Source of the DNA: an uncultured Myxococcales bacterium
GTDB taxonomy: Bacteria > Myxococcota_A > Polyangia > Palsa-1104 > JAEUJZ01
Direction: 5' to 3'
Assembly (NCBI GenBank): GCA_937868485.1
Contig: CALMML010000014.1
Span: 1,975 to 65,974, forward strand
DNA length: 64,000 nt
In this document: positions 59,166-64,000 of the stretch, in pieces
Numbering within the stretch: the first letter of the stretch is position 1
Layout: each line of letters begins with the position of its first letter
Made by a program: the position numbers and the translations under genes
The notes under the pieces: model-generated
The model's database searches: none
What the model saw: the letters and a program-made list of their open reading frames with translations, nothing else
Told to the model about the DNA's origin: nothing

Positions 59166-59305
59166 GGACGGAAAACCTCCGGGCTGCGGAAGTTGCAAGC
59201 GACGTTCCAGAGAAGCCGGAAGTAGGGCGTGCGACGGACCGAGCGGGGACTGCGCGCCGCGTGAGGGTCGCTTTTCAAGCCGAGTTGAAAAGCAGCCTGG
59301 GCTGG

Positions 59306-59815
59306 CTAGGGCTGGAGCGCGTGGAGGGCTCGACGGATGACTCGCCAGTGATGGATCCAAAAGGGCAGGGCGATGAGTCCGAACAAAGACCCGGTCCAGT
59401 GCGGAAGCAGCGACAGAATCTGGAGCGAACACCAAGCGAGCCCGGCGTGTAGCCCAACGCTCGGAAGCTGCGCGAGGCGAGGGTTGTGCTGGGACTCGGC
59501 GAGAAGCGACTGCGAGACATGGACGATGATGAAGAAGTCTTCGACGAAGTTGAGCGGAAGCAGCAGCATCAGCCAGATGCTGCGTGGGGTGGCGGCGCGT
59601 GCAGCGGGAGAGACGAGCTGGACGACGCGGGACAGATCTCGGCAGTAGAAGTAGACCAGCGCGAAGAAGCCGAGCGCGGTCAGCGCAAAGCCGACCGGAC
59701 CGAGCACTTGGAGATCGTGGAAGACGCCGCCTTGGACGCGCGGATCGTAAAAGGGCCACACGAGCAGGGCCACGATGGGAAGGGTGAGCAGGAGCTTGAT
59801 CCCGAGTCGATTCAT
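59306..59815 (-). CDS. small polytopic membrane protein, hypothetical
   Basis: 4-5 hydrophobic helices (LLLTLPIVALLVW…, FALTALGFFALVYF…). Confidence 0.4.
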   Translation of the reverse strand: MNRLGIKLLLTLPIVALLVWPFYDPRVQGGVFHDLQVLGPVGFALTALGFFALVYFYCRDLSRVVQLVSPAARAATPRSIWLMLLLPLNFVEDFFIIVHVSQSLLAESQHNPRLAQLPSVGLHAGLAWCSLQILSLLPHWTGSLFGLIALPFWIHHWRVIRRALHALQP

Positions 59816-59900
59816 CGCAGAAAGCGTAGCGCAGTGGCTGGAAGGGCGCTCGGGCAGGGGTCAGACAAATGACGAAGCGTGGCGATTCGGGGCGCGGTGC

Positions 59901-61751
59901 CTAGCGCGTCTGTAGATAGTCGAGCAGCGCTTGGCGGTCCGCTTCGCTTCCTTTGAACTGGTGTTCCGTTCCAGCGCTGCTGCACGTTCCGTCCATCGTC
60001 TGAGCCAGCGTCTTGGCGCAGCCATCGGTGAAGTACGGCGCGTGGTTCTTCAGATCCACCAGGAACGGGGCCACCAGCGGCTTGGGTTGGCCAGCTAGCG
60101 CGTGCTTGCCGTCCGCTGGCTTGTCGGTGCCGTGGCAGCTTGCGCACGAGGCCTTGTACAGGTTCTCGCCGCGCGCGAGGGATTCCTGGCTGTATCCGCT
60201 TTGCGAGCTCCACGTCGGTCGCAGCGTGAGCATCCATTTGGCCAGTTCCTGGACGTCGCTTGAGGAAACCGTCGCGCGCGGGTTCAAGTTGGTGAGGTCA
60301 TGCTGGATCATCGTCTCCAGCGAGCTGTCGCTTCCCGTTCGTCGGAACATGCTGCGTCCTGCGAGCATTCCGCGCAGGCTGAGCGTGCGGCGGCGCGTCG
60401 CGTCGGTAGAGAGAATCTGCCACTTGTGGCCATCGTCTTTTCCGTCGGGATGGCAGCTTGCGCAGGCCAGATTTACCGAGCTGCTGGATGCATAGAACAG
60501 CTCCAGCGGACGAATCGGCTGCAGATCCTTCTCGAGCCGAATCTCTTGCGCTTGCGGGGTTCCAGTGTTTGGCACAATCCACAGCGAAGCCTGACCGATG
60601 GTCTGCACCACAAAGCCATCTCGATACGCAGCGACGGCGACGGGCATGGCGGTCTCGGGAATCGCGGAAGAGGGCTGGAGCGAACCCGGCGGACCGATGA
60701 GCAGCGGCCTGCGTGCATCTGAGCCAGAGATCGAGCGGTTTCCTGCGGCAATCACAGCCACGGTGCCGCTGTTGTGGATCGCCAGGTCGAGCGGTGCGAC
60801 AAGCTTCTCTCCCGACGTGGTCCGAAATGTCAGTGCGCGGCTGGCGGCTTGCCTGTTCTTTAGCTCCATCAGCGTCGGGTCGCAGTTGACGCAGCCTTGG
60901 TAGTACACAAAGGGCAGAAGGCCTCCGTACTCGTGCAGCAGGTAGGCTCCTGTCCCGTCGGGCAGTCGCGCAAGCCGCGAGGCCGTCGTCGGCTGCGCAT
61001 CGGGCGAGCTGTTCTTTGGTGGCTCGATGCTGCCAAGCTGCTCTCCCGTCTGGCGATTGAGCTTGTAGACCTTGGCTTGGCGGCGACGGCTGACCCAGAC
61101 TTCTTCGTCTGGACCGCCACTGCCCGCGATGAGCTGTACGTCATGCAGCCCTGCGTCCAGCTTCTGCGACTTGACGGGCTGTAGCTCAAGGCGTGCGGTC
61201 TCGACAGTGACCAGCTCGCCCCCATCGCACGCGACGTATAGCCGCTGGTCGGACTTGGCAAACGCCAGGCCGCGAGGCTCGTTGCAGACATAGCTGCGCT
61301 GAATCGGTGTCAAGCGGAGCTGGTCGGTCCGAAACCGGACGACGGCACTGCCCGTTCGCAGCACACAGAAGAACTCGGTCGGCAGGCTTCCTTCGACGCA
61401 CTGACCGGGCTCGTCGCCGGGCCGCAGCGTGATCCGCTTGGTCTCCGCCTGCTTGGTTAGGTCGACAACGACAATCTGCGAGGAGATCGCTTCCGACACC
61501 ACCGCCAGGTTTTGGTTGCTGCTCACCACCACTGTGCCGCCGCTCGGAATCGGCACCGATCCCTCGATGGGCATGCGGTCTTTGGGTCGCTCGGGGGCCG
61601 CCGGCTGCGGATCGTGCTGCGCGCCGCCCGTCGGGACAACGCCGCCGCTACATCCCGCTTGCAGCGCCAGGAGCCACGCCGCCGCCGGGACACCCGTGAA
61701 CATCCGATTCATGCTGTGTTTCTTCACAACCTTCATGATCTTCCCCCCCAT
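59901..61751 (-). CDS. lipoprotein: beta-propeller-like domain fused to a di-haem cytochrome c (CCP/MauG-like) domain
   Basis: Lipobox LLALQAGCSG; two CASCH haem-binding motifs (CASCHPDGKDDGHKW and CASCHGTDKPADGKH) in the C-terminal third. Confidence 0.55.
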   Translation of the reverse strand: MGGKIMKVVKKHSMNRMFTGVPAAAWLLALQAGCSGGVVPTGGAQHDPQPAAPERPKDRMPIEGSVPIPSGGTVVVSSNQNLAVVSEAISSQIVVVDLTKQAETKRITLRPGDEPGQCVEGSLPTEFFCVLRTGSAVVRFRTDQLRLTPIQRSYVCNEPRGLAFAKSDQRLYVACDGGELVTVETARLELQPVKSQKLDAGLHDVQLIAGSGGPDEEVWVSRRRQAKVYKLNRQTGEQLGSIEPPKNSSPDAQPTTASRLARLPDGTGAYLLHEYGGLLPFVYYQGCVNCDPTLMELKNRQAASRALTFRTTSGEKLVAPLDLAIHNSGTVAVIAAGNRSISGSDARRPLLIGPPGSLQPSSAIPETAMPVAVAAYRDGFVVQTIGQASLWIVPNTGTPQAQEIRLEKDLQPIRPLELFYASSSSVNLACASCHPDGKDDGHKWQILSTDATRRRTLSLRGMLAGRSMFRRTGSDSSLETMIQHDLTNLNPRATVSSSDVQELAKWMLTLRPTWSSQSGYSQESLARGENLYKASCASCHGTDKPADGKHALAGQPKPLVAPFLVDLKNHAPYFTDGCAKTLAQTMDGTCSSAGTEHQFKGSEADRQALLDYLQTR

Positions 61752-61806
61752 TTGCTGCTGCGCGCTCCCTGTGAGCGCACAATGCAGACTGTCTAGCGAT
61801 TGTCGA

Positions 61807-63780
61807 TTACGGACATGGTTCCATGTAGCCGCTGTCTTTTCCTGCTTTGGTTAGATGGATGTATGGTGCAATCTCTTTGTGGAATCTGTCTGTGAGCTTG
61901 GCTAGCTCGGTTCTGTTGGTTGTCCCTGTTGCGGGATCGATAAGCTGTTCAATGTCGCTTTGAATGACAAAGCGAACATATGTGCTAAGGTTTGGATCGC
62001 TGAAGCGCTCTGCCGCAACCATGCTGTTTTTCAGCTGATAGAGCTTTTCATAGCGAAGCTGCGGACCGATCTGGAACGTCTTGCCCGCAACCATCTTTTC
62101 TTTCATCTTTACGTTCAAGTACGGCGTCAGCTTGGGCGATGACATCATTCCATCGGGCAGATACTCGACTTCAAAGTCTTTGCTGGATGGATTGACGGTG
62201 ACAAAGCCAATGTTTCGGTAATTGGTGACGCCCATGGCATCTTGATAGGTTGCCATTTGCTTGACCAGCGATTCGACCGAAGCCAAAAATGGATTGGGAT
62301 TGACAGATTTGATCTGACATCCCGTCTTCATCCCCGGTGAGCTGAGGTCGGTTGCGCAGACATTGTCCAACGCAAAGCAGCGATATTCCATGTTGAAGCA
62401 CTCGGGCGCGCTCAGCAGGTTGCAGTCTTCGCGCAGCCCCGACGCATTCGCCAGGTACTTGGCGTGCGATGGATACTCGTCTTTGCGTCGCGTTGCCAAG
62501 ATCGTGCAGTCGTCTTCATTGGTGACGACAACCACCACCAGCAGCGAGGTGGCCGGATCGCGCAGAAAGTCGCTGGGCGTGCTGCTCTGACGCGCAATCG
62601 CTTGGGCTGCGCTCCCGAGTGGCATTTCAATGCCGCAGCCCTTTTGTCCCAAGACGGCGCGACAGTGCAGCGCAGTCTCGGCGTTTCCTGTTGCGTATGT
62701 TGGAAACAGCTGGTCCTCGTACATCATCGTGATGGGATTGAACTTGGTGACCTGCCACTTTCGTACATAAGGAAGTGAAGATTCGAGCATAGGCAGTGCT
62801 GTGCTGCAAGAGCTGGGACAGCCGTCCTTGTCCGTGATTCCGCGCGTGGTGCACAGCTCCGTCTGTAGATTGGCATTATCACCATTGCCATGCTGTTTCA
62901 TGGCCGCATCGGTGCGTGGTCCGCACTTGCCCATTGTAAAAGCAGTCGGAAGCGGAGACGGCCAGTCACTTCCAGCCATCAGTGGCAGCGGTGGCATAAC
63001 CCCGAGATCACTGGACGCGACGGCCATATGAATGTTGCTGATGGAGTTTAGTGAGCCGGCAGGCTTACACTTGTCTCCCGTACCGCGATTGAACATCGTC
63101 CATGGCAGCGACTTGAGCTGCAGCATCGCGCTGCCCGTGTGCTCAAACAACATGGATTGAAAGGCCGACATCGAGCTGGAGTTATCCACCACAAAGAGCA
63201 CATCAAGCGGCGTGACCACTTCGTCTGGCAGTGCGGGCCCAAAGGGATAAATCACGGGAAAAAATGCACCGAGCGTTGGGGTTTCAATCTCCAGGCGCGG
63301 GGACTGTCCTTGGGGGCGAAGGGTTCGTCCGCCGGTGTAGAAGCGCTCACCCGAGGACCACTCGACGGCCATCAGGTTTCGGTCCCCGCTGGCGCTGCGC
63401 GCGTCGGGCAGCGGCATGCTGAGGTGAAGGACATCAAGCGCGGTCTGGCTGTCCGTGCCGCTGGCGACGATCTTGAGCGCGGGTCCGGCGGAGCGTGCCC
63501 CAGGCGCATCCCAGCCAGCGACGCGATAGAACTGAAGGGTGACGGGGCTGGCAAAGGCGCGCGGCGGAACTTGCAGTGTGGTGCCTGCAAAGTCGGCAAG
63601 GGCTGGGTCGGAATCGGGAACGGTGATGGTTCCGCCTGCGGGTCCGGTGGGCGCTTCAAAGATCAGCACCTCGCGCGGGCTCTGCTCGGCATCGCAGCCG
63701 CTTAGGAAGCCCAGCACGCAGGACAGCACCGCACTCCAAGCGAAGTTGGGAATTGCGCTTTGGACAAATCGCCAGGTCAT
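61807..63780 (-). CDS. large lipoprotein with a von Willebrand factor A (MIDAS) domain
   Basis: ATG at 63780 with a GGAGG RBS; lipobox VLGFLSGCDA; MIDAS DxSxS (LFVVDNSSSMSAF). Confidence 0.5.
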   Translation of the reverse strand: MTWRFVQSAIPNFAWSAVLSCVLGFLSGCDAEQSPREVLIFEAPTGPAGGTITVPDSDPALADFAGTTLQVPPRAFASPVTLQFYRVAGWDAPGARSAGPALKIVASGTDSQTALDVLHLSMPLPDARSASGDRNLMAVEWSSGERFYTGGRTLRPQGQSPRLEIETPTLGAFFPVIYPFGPALPDEVVTPLDVLFVVDNSSSMSAFQSMLFEHTGSAMLQLKSLPWTMFNRGTGDKCKPAGSLNSISNIHMAVASSDLGVMPPLPLMAGSDWPSPLPTAFTMGKCGPRTDAAMKQHGNGDNANLQTELCTTRGITDKDGCPSSCSTALPMLESSLPYVRKWQVTKFNPITMMYEDQLFPTYATGNAETALHCRAVLGQKGCGIEMPLGSAAQAIARQSSTPSDFLRDPATSLLVVVVVTNEDDCTILATRRKDEYPSHAKYLANASGLREDCNLLSAPECFNMEYRCFALDNVCATDLSSPGMKTGCQIKSVNPNPFLASVESLVKQMATYQDAMGVTNYRNIGFVTVNPSSKDFEVEYLPDGMMSSPKLTPYLNVKMKEKMVAGKTFQIGPQLRYEKLYQLKNSMVAAERFSDPNLSTYVRFVIQSDIEQLIDPATGTTNRTELAKLTDRFHKEIAPYIHLTKAGKDSGYMEPCP

Positions 63781-64000
63781 TGCACTCCTCCTCGGAAACT
63801 GTGGAAAGGGGACGTAGCAGCGAGGCACATCGGACCGAAACTGCACGCGATGTGCCAGCGAATCGAACAGGACTGGCACGGCGCGTGATAAGCTGACGAG
63901 TGAAGCGCTCTGTCGTGTGGTGCAGCGCAGGCGTGTGGGGCTGCTGGATAGGTGTTTGCGGATGACACACGAGGAATCAAACAGCCAGATGCGACGCGGA

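Noticed and set aside
58245-59759. 504-aa minus-strand ORF
   Set aside because: The upstream ~200 codons are Arg/Pro-rich with no RBS. The real gene is the lipoprotein from ATG 59165 (GGAGG RBS). The 59306-59759 part is out of frame with the plausible membrane-protein gene 59306-59815.

Overview
This is a 64-kb, high-GC (~67-68%) and very gene-dense chromosomal segment, mostly coded on the minus strand. The gene content (many lipoproteins, a membrane Ser/Thr kinase, an ECF sigma/anti-sigma pair, VWA lipoproteins) suggests a Myxococcota-like delta-proteobacterium; that attribution is inference. Identifiable housekeeping genes are gyrA, icd, dapD-dapE plus an aminotransferase, hemN/hemJ, a class-A PBP, cysE, queG, msrA and nrfHA (cytochrome c nitrite reductase). 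They are interleaved with accessory-looking content. The notable items are: (1) an orphan, translationally coupled fliO-fliP-fliQ-like export-gate triplet sandwiched between a fused radical-SAM gene and cysE, with no fliR/flhB/flhA nearby; (2) an edge-truncated Ser/Thr-kinase ORF with a permuted-looking architecture; (3) an ECF sigma/anti-sigma operon followed by a (KPADS/A)n-repeat membrane protein, a Cys-rich secreted protein and a large secreted alpha/beta-hydrolase, flanked by an LTXXQ (Spy/CpxP-like) protein and a G-rich 11-12-bp tandem DNA array; (4) a STAND NTPase-TPR regulator with a C-terminal OmpR-type wHTH, divergent from a GntP permease and next to a CoA-transferase; (5) PaoA/PaoB-like (2Fe-2S with Tat signal, FAD) subunits with no molybdopterin subunit; (6) a solitary truncated large serine recombinase behind an A-tract in an otherwise GC-rich intergenic region; (7) a C39-like papain-fold protein without a signal peptide next to a Cys-rich lipoprotein. 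No rRNA, tRNA or CRISPR array was recognised. Gene starts were refined by hand from the ORF track, and several long ORF-track entries are antisense shadows of real genes. All functional calls rest on motif recognition by eye, not on database searches.
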